From contig MEOH01000009.1 in NCBI GenBank assembly GCA_001769535.1, positions 9,961-73,960 of the forward strand: a DNA stretch of 64,000 nucleotides. Reading direction: 5' to 3'. How positions within the stretch are numbered: the first letter of the stretch is position 1; each line of letters starts with the position of its first letter. Below are positions 53,401 through 61,013 of the stretch, piece after piece. The notes beneath the pieces are model-generated. The model was not told where the DNA came from, did not search any database, and was given only the letters and a program-made list of their open reading frames with translations. The position numbers and the translations under genes were made by a program. The stretch comes from Bacteroidetes bacterium GWF2_38_335 (GTDB lineage Bacteria; Bacteroidota; Bacteroidia; Bacteroidales; GWF2-38-335).

Positions 53401-54699
53401 GCATCAACCCCGGTAATTTCAGTAACCGAAATTGGCGATTACTTTGTAACGGTGACAGGCGAGGGGGGGTGTACAACTGTTTCAGAAGCACAGCATGCTA
53501 TTTTTTATGAACTGCCCGAAGATCCAGGTCTAGCCGACAGCGCAGTTTGCAACAGTGTTATATTAAGCACTGAAAATCCGGGGTGCTTATTTGTATGGAA
53601 TACCGGAGAGACAACCCCGCAAATTACCGTTTATGAAACAGGACTGTATTCTTTAACTGTCGAAACAATGAATGGTTGCATGCGCTCCGATTCTGCTTAC
53701 ATCACCGTTGTTTTTTCTCCCGATTTAAATGCCGGCGCGGATGTGGAAACATGTTATGGAAATAATGTGATGATTGGTCCGGCCGATATCGTGCCCGGAA
53801 GCACTTACTCCTGGAATAACGGAGCAGACAGTCCGATTATCGAAGCAGAGACAAGCGGAGCCTACGTCCTCACCCGCACCGATACCACCGGATGCACTCA
53901 GACCGACGCCGTATTGGTTGAGATCTTTCCGGTACCGGTAGCTGATTTTGGCGATTCGGCGATATGTTCAGATGCCGGATTGCTTCTCGAAGTGCCCGAT
54001 GATTTGGCAGTGCAGTGGTATGATTCTTCGGGATTTTTTTCAGATGAAAACGAAATAACAATATTTAACCCGGGCGAATATGCTGTGAATGTTACAAACG
54101 GTTTTGGCTGCACATCTGCGGATACCTTCTTCATAAACCATACACCATTTGTTATTAGCCCTCAGTTTCTTGTGTCCAGTTCGGCTAAGGCAGGCGATAC
54201 GCTTCAGTTTGTTTCGGTCACACATCCTTTGCCCGGGTTTTTTCTCTGGAATTTCGGCGACGGATGCACATCATCCCTTGAAGATCCAACACATGTGTAT
54301 TATATGGAAGGTGAATTCCTCATCACCATGACCATCGGGAGTGAGGGATGTGCCGAGGTCTACGAAAAAAACATTTTAATTTCAGGGTTTAACAAATATC
54401 TGGTTCAGCAGTTGGACAGTACGGATGATTTTCATGCGGGATTTGTGGATTTTATCAGTGCCGTGGTGTACCCCAATCCGGGCAACGGAGAGTTTTTCCT
54501 TGAAACGGAGCTTACTTATCCTGCAGTACAGCATGTAATAATTTTCGATCTTGCCGGTCATGTTATTGCGAAGAGCACGGATGGAAAGGCATCAAGGCAT
54601 TTTGAAAAGTACTTTTTACAGAATAATCCCTCAGGATTTTATATCTTAAAAGTAACAGCAGGAAATAAAAGCAAGGTATTTAAAATAATCAAGACATAG
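50494..54699 (+). CDS. Giant PKD/Ig-repeat surface protein with T9SS C-terminal sorting domain
   Basis: 1401 aa with a signal peptide. There are five PKD-type (F/W)xFGDG signatures (IDFGDGQT, WDFGDGSDE, WDFGDGNTS, WDFGDGNQV, WNFGDGCTS). There are six W(N/S)xG(E/A)...G.Y.V.V repeats. The CTD is VVYPNPGNGEFFLETEL...GFYILKVTAGNKSKVFKIIKT. Its start overlaps the upstream stop (ATGA). Confidence 0.8.
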   Translation: MKWIAVILLLIFFAKTKGQSGLANSGLLTVYVNTSLTCKGAVSNMPGGNIYNAGTIYLYGNLDNQSTQPLFWQSFQNHRGNIVFLGNLPQIISGNAPVKFTRATVSNLSGVYAQIPVYANDSLGFFMGSLFPGSNQITFERYTIMGVTSLGALANETDNSRVSGLDCSLRASDYVIFPGTTNVAGMGFTVNSDQTIVGLDLLRSHERQGAAADSGIYRSFTVSGGSFSFADLNSLKLNYHSDEFEELHTTEEDFRLWYSDDEGTSFQKITSTWSPGFVYSENTSLMPGLYTISDEKCRIPPACNIFGDNVICEGDPVQLFASETPVGKRFYHWYSPDLPITENDQWELDFSWEEIAESHEAVVYLTITDTKGCENTDSVILDIRKRPDATFSFSQYGFCQNEPVNFSGPPGMDTYEWTMNDEILNTHGSFSQNFSVSGNFPVTLIVDSNGCQGSYTKVLRIFQNPVAALEINGNCTGENVLMTNTSFLETESGDISFYQTEIDFGDGQTASFSGSPETINHVYTGSGEYEILFSVTTNQGCTDSYSELKTINEKIHLTITSENVCLGDTSLIELSIETGYFNFSWDFGDGSDEYFAFDDNIIGHPYEFTGNFSVSVICSAPGYCSDTAFTAILIKDLPVAEFTAGNACLGENSVFTPLSSEVEIVSSVWDFGDGNTSVEGEPEHLFGEPGFFLVTHSVDGINGCSASSAINYEVYELPEVILTGENVCHGDTATFSCGTAESENLFLWDFGDGNQVSQPYLPGITHCYSDPGVYEVELTVTAQNGCVFETFSTAIVVANPVIPINENLVTCTSSIVADAGNPGAVFLWSTGESSQSVTLNENGNYWVLVAETTNACKSLLDFTLELNSEELIDLGADLTSCDSALIDAGFFADYLWNNGATDQVNVIEEGGNYSVTVTDINGCVDFDSLFVTIYHSPAQMNEITEEACFGDTILFSADFPEYTLLWNTGASTPVISVTEIGDYFVTVTGEGGCTTVSEAQHAIFYELPEDPGLADSAVCNSVILSTENPGCLFVWNTGETTPQITVYETGLYSLTVETMNGCMRSDSAYITVVFSPDLNAGADVETCYGNNVMIGPADIVPGSTYSWNNGADSPIIEAETSGAYVLTRTDTTGCTQTDAVLVEIFPVPVADFGDSAICSDAGLLLEVPDDLAVQWYDSSGFFSDENEITIFNPGEYAVNVTNGFGCTSADTFFINHTPFVISPQFLVSSSAKAGDTLQFVSVTHPLPGFFLWNFGDGCTSSLEDPTHVYYMEGEFLITMTIGSEGCAEVYEKNILISGFNKYLVQQLDSTDDFHAGFVDFISAVVYPNPGNGEFFLETELTYPAVQHVIIFDLAGHVIAKSTDGKASRHFEKYFLQNNPSGFYILKVTAGNKSKVFKIIKT

Positions 54700-54720
54700 T
54701 TTCTGCCATGCAGCAACTTC

Positions 54721-54767
54721 AACCCCGGGTGTTTTCTTGGAAGGCTTACATCCGGGGTTTGTTTTTA
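54721..54767 (+). terminator. Hairpin plus T-tract downstream of the 1401-aa gene
   Basis: The stem is aaccccgg (54721..54728) against ccggggtt (54752..54759), followed by tgttttta. The loop is long (23 nt), so confidence is moderate. Confidence 0.45.
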
Positions 54768-54777
54768 TCCATTAAGC

Positions 54778-54806
54778 AAAAAAAACGCGTCCCAAAAAGG
54801 ACGCGT
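54778..54806 (-). terminator. Intrinsic terminator for the minus-strand 110-aa gene
   Basis: The 8-bp stem is acgcgtcc / ggacgcgt with a 6-nt loop. The plus-strand A-run (54778..54785) is a T-run on the minus strand after the hairpin. Confidence 0.6.
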
Positions 54807-54832
54807 CAAAATAATATTTTAAAGTTAAAAGG

Positions 54833-55165
54833 TTAATTCTCATCATCAAACCCGATCGGATCGTCGGCGGGGAGTTCGGAGTCGTCGTAGTTGTCGATGT
54901 TGTCTTCGTTGCCTTCGTCAAACTCGCCGTCCTCATCATCATGATCTTTCTTCTTGGTTTTCTTCTCCTTTATTATGGGCATCTTAACCATGTAGAATTT
55001 ATCATCGGTTTCAAGTGGCAGCGCACTTACAATTTTTCCGTCCTTGTCGGTAAACCGTACTAAAAAATCAATGTAATCGGGCGGATACAGGATTTTTATC
55101 TTTTCCTGTAGCTCCGGACTGAGGTTCTCATATTTGGTAATGATCTTGATCTTGTTGGGTTTCAT
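54833..55165 (-). CDS. Hypothetical small protein with highly acidic C-terminal tail
   Basis: I place the start at ATG 55165 (MKPNKIKIITKYENLSPELQEK...), giving 110 aa. The C-terminus is DHDDEDGEFDEGNEDNIDNYDDSELPADDPIGFDDEN. The upstream part of the track ORF looks non-coding. Confidence 0.55.
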   Translation of the reverse strand: MKPNKIKIITKYENLSPELQEKIKILYPPDYIDFLVRFTDKDGKIVSALPLETDDKFYMVKMPIIKEKKTKKKDHDDEDGEFDEGNEDNIDNYDDSELPADDPIGFDDEN

Positions 55166-55371
55166 GTTCTTGAAAATTTTCAGGTTAATTGTTGCATGTA
55201 AACTTAGGTATAAAAGTAAAAAAATTTTTAATCCGTTCAAAAAAAGAACGTTTTTTTTCGTTTGCCTCAAAAATCAACCCAAAAATACCATTTACAAACA
55301 GTTTTTATAAAGATCAAAAATCCACCTTCGAAGGTGGTTATGTAATAATGGCTTAGCTATATAATTGAACT

Positions 55372-55482
55372 TGATTTAAGAACAAAACCTGCCCCGTATT
55401 TTAATCGGGGAACATCCCTGCTTGCTGCAGGCAAGAATATTTCCCTTTTTTAAAGGGTTGTTCATTTAAGCCACCGTCTCAG
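55372..55482 (+). repeat. Family-2 structured repeat, copy 2
   Basis: The order is tgatttaagaaca, a hairpin (ccccgtattttaatcgggg), ccctgCTTGCtgcagGCAAGaatatt, then ...aagccaccgtctcag. It is collinear with copy 1 at 39018..39163. Confidence 0.75.
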
Positions 55483-55493
55483 CCGGTGGTAGT

Positions 55494-56156
55494 TTAATAG
55501 TAAGTATATGAGTACACAAACCTTAGCACCATCACTGTTATGAAAACAATTAGGCCTATTACGAAAATAACTTTCCCGTGAAAACGGTTGGTTGCAGTAT
55601 GCGATAAAACCTTTTCCCCGTTGGGAAGCGTCTTTTTCATTTTCCACAAAAACCAGCCAATCACAATACCAAGAAAACCGCCAAACAATGAAAAAAAATA
55701 CCCTGATAATATCCATAAACCCTGCCCTTTTTCGGGCTGTGCCAAGGCAGCTATCCTTTTTTGTCTGAGCGATTTGAGCAAAGCATCATTAATATCCTCC
55801 CCACGGTCGCGTAATATTTTTTGGGCCAGCTTGTAATCAAAAGCATTCCATTCATCGGTTTTTTCAAGTATCTCATACAACTCCTCGTTGGCAAAACCGA
55901 AAAGGTAATAATCGCTGTCAATATCGGCCATTGTTTCCTCGGCCTGTTTGTCAAGAATCAAGTTTGCTTTTTCAAAGTCCGATTGTTTGATCATAAGCTG
56001 CGCCTCCTTGTGCAGAGGATCGCCCGTAAAGGTGATGTCAACAGGGGGAGAGTCGTCAACCAGCCGGTATTCAATACCGTTGCTTGCCAGTAGTTCAGCA
56101 AGCTCGTTGGCCTGCCCCACGTCGTTGAATCTTTTAAATACTGCAAATTCGTCCAT
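55494..56156 (-). CDS. Hypothetical membrane-anchored protein with N-terminal DUF2007-like domain (unverified)
   Basis: 220 aa. The soluble N-terminal half begins MDEFAVFKRFNDVGQANELAELLASNGIEY, followed by two C-terminal TM segments. Confidence 0.5.
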   Translation of the reverse strand: MDEFAVFKRFNDVGQANELAELLASNGIEYRLVDDSPPVDITFTGDPLHKEAQLMIKQSDFEKANLILDKQAEETMADIDSDYYLFGFANEELYEILEKTDEWNAFDYKLAQKILRDRGEDINDALLKSLRQKRIAALAQPEKGQGLWILSGYFFSLFGGFLGIVIGWFLWKMKKTLPNGEKVLSHTATNRFHGKVIFVIGLIVFITVMVLRFVYSYTYY

Positions 56157-56339
56157 GGTGGTGGTTTTAATAGAAGCGTTTTCGTTTTAGTAAGCTTTAT
56201 CAAAAGTACAATTTTTTTTAATTCGGGCTTGTTTAATCAGGTGTTAAAGGATATGGATGTTTATGAAAGATTTATAGGTTGAGTGGTGCGGGGCATTGCG
56301 GTCGGGTAAAGGTTTTTCAATAATAAATTTTGTTAATTT

Positions 56340-56380
56340 ACAAAGAGATCCCTCACCGCTTTGGGCGGTTCGGGATGACA
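56340..56380 (+). repeat. Family-1 element, left arm only (half copy C)
   Basis: acaaagagatccctcaccgctttgggcggttcgggatgaca matches the left arm of copies A and B. No matching right arm follows. Confidence 0.7.
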
Positions 56381-56403
56381 ATGGTCTAAATGAGATAGGG
56401 GGA

Positions 56404-56467
56404 CCCCAAAGGGGTCGCAGCAAAAACACAGGGCGCCGCCCTGTGCCTGAGCAAAGGCAACACAAGC
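56404..56467 (+). repeat. 64-nt direct repeat, copy 1 (left of radical-SAM cassette)
   Basis: A 38-nt stretch, ccccaaaggggtcgcagcaaaaacacagggcgccgccc, is identical to 59762..59799. The next 26 nt are similar. It contains the hairpins gaccccaaaggggtc and cacagggcgccgccctgtg. Confidence 0.85.
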
Positions 56468-56593
56468 CCTGTAGGGGCGAAAGCAATTAAAGCAGAGTTT
56501 TAGGAATTAATTATAAAATTCTGAATGGAGCTAAAATTGATTATCGTAAACTATTTTACTAATCTTTTTTATCTTTATCATTTATTTTTGAAA

Positions 56594-57505
56594 ATGATAA
56601 ATAGTAGATATATTCTGTTTGGGTTAGGCTATGTGATAAAAACAAAAATATTTCGAAAAGAAATTCCTTTTTTTGGAGGTTTAGTCATTAATGAAAAATG
56701 TAATCTGAATTGTTGTCATTGCCGTGTGAAAAACAGAGAGGGAGTAAAAGATCTTACATTTCTTGAAGTTGAAAAAGGATTAGGAGTATTATATAAAATG
56801 GGTATACGTAGTGTTTTTATTGAAGGAGGAGAGCCTTTTCTATGGAAAGAAAATGACAAAACATTAAATGACATTGTTCTTTTAGCAAAAAAAATTGGTT
56901 TTAAATTAGTGAGCATATACACAAATGGAACATTTCCGATTACAATTTCAGCTGATTTGGTGTTTGTTAGTATTGACGGACTAAAGGAAAACAATAATAA
57001 ACTTAGGGGTGGTGGTAGAAATATTTATGATTCTGTAATGAAAAATATTACGGAGTCCAATCATGAAAAAATTATTATAAATTATACAATAAACGAACAA
57101 AACAAAGATGATATAGAAGAGTTTTGTAAGGGAATTTTAAAAATCAAACAAATCAAAGGGGTGTTTTTTTATTTCCATACTCCATATTACGGAAAAGATA
57201 ACTTGTACTTAGAATTTGACGAGAAAAAGAAAATAATAGAAAAAATAATTACACTAAAGAAAAAGAGGTATAGCATTTTAAATTCGTATTCTGGTTTGAA
57301 GAGCGTATATAAAAACAGTTGGAAAAGACCCACGAAACTCTGTTATGTTTATGCTTCCAACGAGCTTTATCAATGTTGTCGTTCATTTGGAAATATTTAT
57401 GCATGTGAAAATTGCGGATACCTTGCATACCCTGAAATTATTAACGTTATAAGGTTAAATCCAGAATCTATCATTAATGCCTTGAATTACCTAATAAAGA
57501 ATTGA
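56594..57505 (+). CDS. Radical SAM enzyme with Cys-rich C-terminal (SPASM/twitch-like?) region
   Basis: It has the CX3CX2C cluster CNLNCCHC and the SAM-binding GGEPFLW motif. The C-terminal Cys cluster is CYVYASNELYQCCRSFGNIYACENCGY. The start is ATG 56594 or the in-frame upstream ATG 56525 used by the track. It is very AT-rich; a 60-nt sample (56581..56640) has 14 G+C. Confidence 0.75.
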   Translation: MINSRYILFGLGYVIKTKIFRKEIPFFGGLVINEKCNLNCCHCRVKNREGVKDLTFLEVEKGLGVLYKMGIRSVFIEGGEPFLWKENDKTLNDIVLLAKKIGFKLVSIYTNGTFPITISADLVFVSIDGLKENNNKLRGGGRNIYDSVMKNITESNHEKIIINYTINEQNKDDIEEFCKGILKIKQIKGVFFYFHTPYYGKDNLYLEFDEKKKIIEKIITLKKKRYSILNSYSGLKSVYKNSWKRPTKLCYVYASNELYQCCRSFGNIYACENCGYLAYPEIINVIRLNPESIINALNYLIKN

Positions 57506-57506
57506 A

Positions 57507-58778
57507 ATGAATTTGCTCAAAAAACTAATTAGGAGGTTAATTGTTGGAAAGGAGCAGGAATTTGCTTTTAAAAAAGTTCAGATTGATACTTTTTGTATTC
57601 CTAATATCAAAAAGTCAAGCATGTATATTCATGTGCCTTTTTGTAAAAGCATGTGTCCATATTGTCCATACAACAGGGTGCAATATGATGAAAAATTAAT
57701 TGCAGGGTACTTTAATGCCCTATCAGAAGAAATTGATTTATATTCAAAAAAACTTGGAAAAATTGAAATATCTTCCATATATATTGGAGGAGGAACACCA
57801 ACAAATGCTATTGATGAACTAATAGTTATTATTGAGAAAATTAAAGACAAATTTTATGTAGAAGGAGATATCGCAATTGAAACAACGGTCGAGGATGCTA
57901 CAAATGAAACCCTGTTAAAATTGAAATTGGCTGGAATAAATATGATTAGTATTGGAATTCAAAGTTTTAATGAAAAATATTTAAGAATCCTAGGGAGAAA
58001 TTATTCAGGAAAGGATATTGAGAATGCTATTGAAAACACTAAAAAACACGAGTTTGATAATGTAAATATTGATATTATGTTTGCCTTTCCTGGTCAAACG
58101 GACGAAGAAATTCTTGATGATATTAAAAGAGCTAAACAAACAAATGCGGATCAAATAACAACTTATCCTTTATTTACATTTCCATATTCCACTATTGGGA
58201 CATATTTAAAGATTAAAAAATTAAAGATGCCTGATTTTATAGACAGAAAAAGTTTTTATTATTTGATCTATGATTATTTTAAAACCCATAATTACAAAAC
58301 CGTATCTGTCTGGAGTTTTAAAAAGTCGAATACTGAAAAAAAGTATTCATCTGTTACCAGGGACTATTATATTGGGCTTGGTGCGGGCGCTGCTTCAAGA
58401 ATTGGTAAAATGTTTTATTTCAATACTTTTTCAATTTCGGAATACAATAATAGGTTATTAAACGAAAAGAAATTACCGGTTTCTGTTAATATGTCAATTA
58501 CCGATAAGCTTTCAAAGATATATTGGTTTTATTGGAAACTTTATGAAACAAGGTTTTCTGAGCATGATTTTAATAGTATTGCTGACCGAAAAATGAAATT
58601 TATTGTGAAAATATTTTATTGTCTGAAGCTTATTAAAAAGCAAGAGGGCATCTATAAAATGACAAAAAGAGGAGCGTTTTGGATTCATTTTTTTCAAAAT
58701 CATTTCATGCTTGAATACATTAATAAGGTATGGAGTATTATGAAAAATAACAAATACCCGGAAAAAATAAAATTCTAA
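57507..58778 (+). CDS. HemN/HemW-like radical SAM enzyme (oxygen-independent coproporphyrinogen oxidase family)
   Basis: 423 aa with the CX3CX2C motif in HVPFCKSMCPYCPY and the family signature IYIGGGTP. Its start lies 1 nt after the upstream radical SAM stop. Confidence 0.75.
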   Translation: MNLLKKLIRRLIVGKEQEFAFKKVQIDTFCIPNIKKSSMYIHVPFCKSMCPYCPYNRVQYDEKLIAGYFNALSEEIDLYSKKLGKIEISSIYIGGGTPTNAIDELIVIIEKIKDKFYVEGDIAIETTVEDATNETLLKLKLAGINMISIGIQSFNEKYLRILGRNYSGKDIENAIENTKKHEFDNVNIDIMFAFPGQTDEEILDDIKRAKQTNADQITTYPLFTFPYSTIGTYLKIKKLKMPDFIDRKSFYYLIYDYFKTHNYKTVSVWSFKKSNTEKKYSSVTRDYYIGLGAGAASRIGKMFYFNTFSISEYNNRLLNEKKLPVSVNMSITDKLSKIYWFYWKLYETRFSEHDFNSIADRKMKFIVKIFYCLKLIKKQEGIYKMTKRGAFWIHFFQNHFMLEYINKVWSIMKNNKYPEKIKF

Positions 58779-58829
58779 ATATTATTTAAAGAACAATGTT
58801 TTTTTCATTTTCAGAAAATATTTGTTTAA

Positions 58830-59528
58830 TTACTCAAAACCCTTAGGCGGAAAACTCTGCTCATTCAATATTTCAAACAGTTTTTCTAATGAAATCATTT
58901 CCATATCAATACATTCCATTGGCAATTTGGACGCAGTAATATTAAAATTCATTTCATTATTTCGTGAAAGTGAAATATTTCCCGATGGGTTCAGTCCTGC
59001 ATTGGGCAAATATATTCCAAAGTTTTGCCCGTTTCTGAACGAACCATACAAGTCTTCATAAGCGGTGCCTTTATCCGTTGTAAATAAATAATCCTGTAAA
59101 AATTTGGTTTTATGTCTGCAAAAACCATAAACATTTGGTTCATAGTCAATTGCAAAATTAATTTCAAACCAGATGACAAGGGTTTTAAAATCCTCAAATG
59201 AGGCATTGGAGACTTTAATTGCATACCAGGACCCCTTATAATTTATTTCAAAGTTTTTGTAGATGTAATCTAAATCCTCTGCTTGATAACCAGTTGAATA
59301 AAGAAGATCTAGTATTTCTCTCCCTTTTACTTTGTTAATGAAGATAAAACAACTATAATCTGAAAAATCAATCGGATACCAGTCCTTATCTTTTTCGGGA
59401 ACAGGAGGCTCAATGTAATGATGAGATTTTTTCTTGAACAACCTGCTCACTTTTGACCATAAAAAAAGGTATCCGACACATCCTGCCATGACCAGAATAA
59501 ATAGTAATATAATCCCAAGCACTTCCAT
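58830..59528 (-). CDS. Hypothetical protein with one N-terminal TM helix
   Basis: 232 aa with the N-terminus MEVLGIILLFILVMAGCVGYLFLW. I recognise no motif. It is convergent with the radical SAM pair. Confidence 0.5.
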   Translation of the reverse strand: MEVLGIILLFILVMAGCVGYLFLWSKVSRLFKKKSHHYIEPPVPEKDKDWYPIDFSDYSCFIFINKVKGREILDLLYSTGYQAEDLDYIYKNFEINYKGSWYAIKVSNASFEDFKTLVIWFEINFAIDYEPNVYGFCRHKTKFLQDYLFTTDKGTAYEDLYGSFRNGQNFGIYLPNAGLNPSGNISLSRNNEMNFNITASKLPMECIDMEMISLEKLFEILNEQSFPPKGFE

Positions 59529-59720
59529 TAATTATTTTCTCATTTTGAATATTAAAAATTGTTTTTTTAAGCCAATTAATAATTCAACCCAAAAGCCCAA
59601 AGTGGAATAACATTTTGGTAGCCATATTCTATATCATCTTTTACCACGAATGATTTGCGCACGAAATGCACAACAAATTGAACAAATATTTTAAAAAATG
59701 TTCATTCAAAAGTGCAAAAA

Positions 59721-59755
59721 CCCCAAACCAGAAACCAGAAACCAGAAACCCGAAA
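59721..59755 (+). repeat. Heptanucleotide tandem repeat (CCAGAAA-like, 5 units)
   Basis: The units are ccccaaa ccagaaa ccagaaa ccagaaa cccgaaa, read directly. It abuts repeat copy 2 at 59762. Confidence 0.8.
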
Positions 59756-59761
59756 CCCCCA

Positions 59762-59825
59762 CCCCAAAGGGGTCGCAGCAAAAACACAGGGCGCCGCCCC
59801 GCGTCCCGGCAAAGGAAACGCAAGC
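59762..59825 (+). repeat. 64-nt direct repeat, copy 2 (right of radical-SAM cassette)
   Basis: The first 38 nt are identical to 56404..56441. The remainder (cgcgtcccggcaaaggaaacgcaagc) is a diverged version of ctgtgcctgagcaaaggcaacacaagc. Confidence 0.85.
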
Positions 59826-59838
59826 ACATACATTTTTG

Positions 59839-60315
59839 TCATTTAACAGGCACAATAGTTCTATTTGTCATGTTAACTCTGATTTTTTTTGAATACAAAT
59901 TCATGTACTGCCATTGTACTGTAAATACTTCGCCATAAGCATCTTTTTCAAAAACCCACCAGGTATAAGTGTCTGTTTTATTCTTTTTTATCAGATGATC
60001 TCCCGCGGCTTCGCTTCCGTTATATAGAGAAACGGGATTGCTCAGACTGTCATTAATATACAGGTTCACATACTCTGAACGATTTGTTGCTCCTAAATTG
60101 GGAATTGGTTTTATTCTTTTGTTTTTGACTGTAAGGATAAATTTAATAGCAGGTTCTTTGATATTTTCCTTGTCGCCATAAGGTCCATTGTATGTAAAGA
60201 ATTCCACATGGCTATCAACAATAACCGAGTCAGGGCTAACATTATTTTGTGTATTCTGGGAATAAGTATTTATTGCAAAATAAGTCATTAAAAGAATAAT
60301 GAAAATCTTTTTCAT
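59839..60315 (-). CDS. Hypothetical secreted protein
   Basis: 158 aa with the signal peptide MKKIFIILLMTYFAINTYSQ. It is AT-rich and has no recognised motif. Confidence 0.5.
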   Translation of the reverse strand: MKKIFIILLMTYFAINTYSQNTQNNVSPDSVIVDSHVEFFTYNGPYGDKENIKEPAIKFILTVKNKRIKPIPNLGATNRSEYVNLYINDSLSNPVSLYNGSEAAGDHLIKKNKTDTYTWWVFEKDAYGEVFTVQWQYMNLYSKKIRVNMTNRTIVPVK

Positions 60316-60427
60316 GTTATGTGAACCTTTAGTTTGTTAATAGATGAGTCAACATTATATTTTCCATAATTAATTGTCAATTATTGCACTGTTGCAAGCA
60401 TTGCTTTAAGTTATTGTGTATAGTTTT

Positions 60428-60823
60428 TTAAGTAATTCTTGCCACAAAAAACATTAATCCGGGAATAATCACCATAATTAGCCATATTCTAAATAATGCT
60501 GAATTAATATTTATTATTCTATTCAGTAAACTTTTGCAAACTTCATCAGTATTTTTTTCTATTTCTAATACATCCACGAAAGCATTGATATATTTCCTTG
60601 ATTTCTTTTTTGAACCAAAACTAAACAAAACATTTAAAACACTTACAGATCCCAACTCTGTTTCCCTACAATTATTCCAAGATGGATAATTAATATTACA
60701 TCTTATTTTTGGATATTTATTTGAAATGAGTCTTTGGAATTTTCTTTTGATAATTGCTATTCGAATGGAATAGAAAATCAATAAAACCCCGCAGCTTATA
60801 AAAATTAGCCCTAGTATTTCCAT
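60428..60823 (-). CDS. Hypothetical membrane protein (TM helix at each end)
   Basis: 131 aa. The hydrophobic termini are MEILGLIFISCGVLLIFYSIRIAII and IWLIMVIIPGLMFFVA. Confidence 0.45.
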   Translation of the reverse strand: MEILGLIFISCGVLLIFYSIRIAIIKRKFQRLISNKYPKIRCNINYPSWNNCRETELGSVSVLNVLFSFGSKKKSRKYINAFVDVLEIEKNTDEVCKSLLNRIININSALFRIWLIMVIIPGLMFFVARIT

Positions 60824-61013
60824 ATATAGAAAATTGATAATATTGAATGCTTCTGCTAATTACACAAAACTATGATATAACCAAACCAAATTTACCCCCT
60901 CCTTGCCATATTTCGTTTAAAAAACAACGATTCAACCAGTCTAATACAAAACACTATTTCTTTTTTATTCTTCATGCTTAGTAAATTAATTACCGCTTGT
61001 TATACGTGATACT

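Noticed and set aside
56244-56490. 80-aa and 64-aa ORFs across the 56.3-56.5 kb repeats, and the similar 59641..59938 ORFs
   Set aside because: The shared peptide PQRGRSKNTGRRP simply reflects the 38-nt identical DNA repeat. ORFs occur on both strands and lack starts with any promoter context.
56340-59845. The family-1 half element at 56340 as one arm of a palindrome split by insertion of the radical SAM cassette, with its right arm near 59831
   Set aside because: The only similarity on the far side is ttgtcattt (about 9 nt), which overlaps the 3-prime end of a coding gene. This is too short to support the idea.
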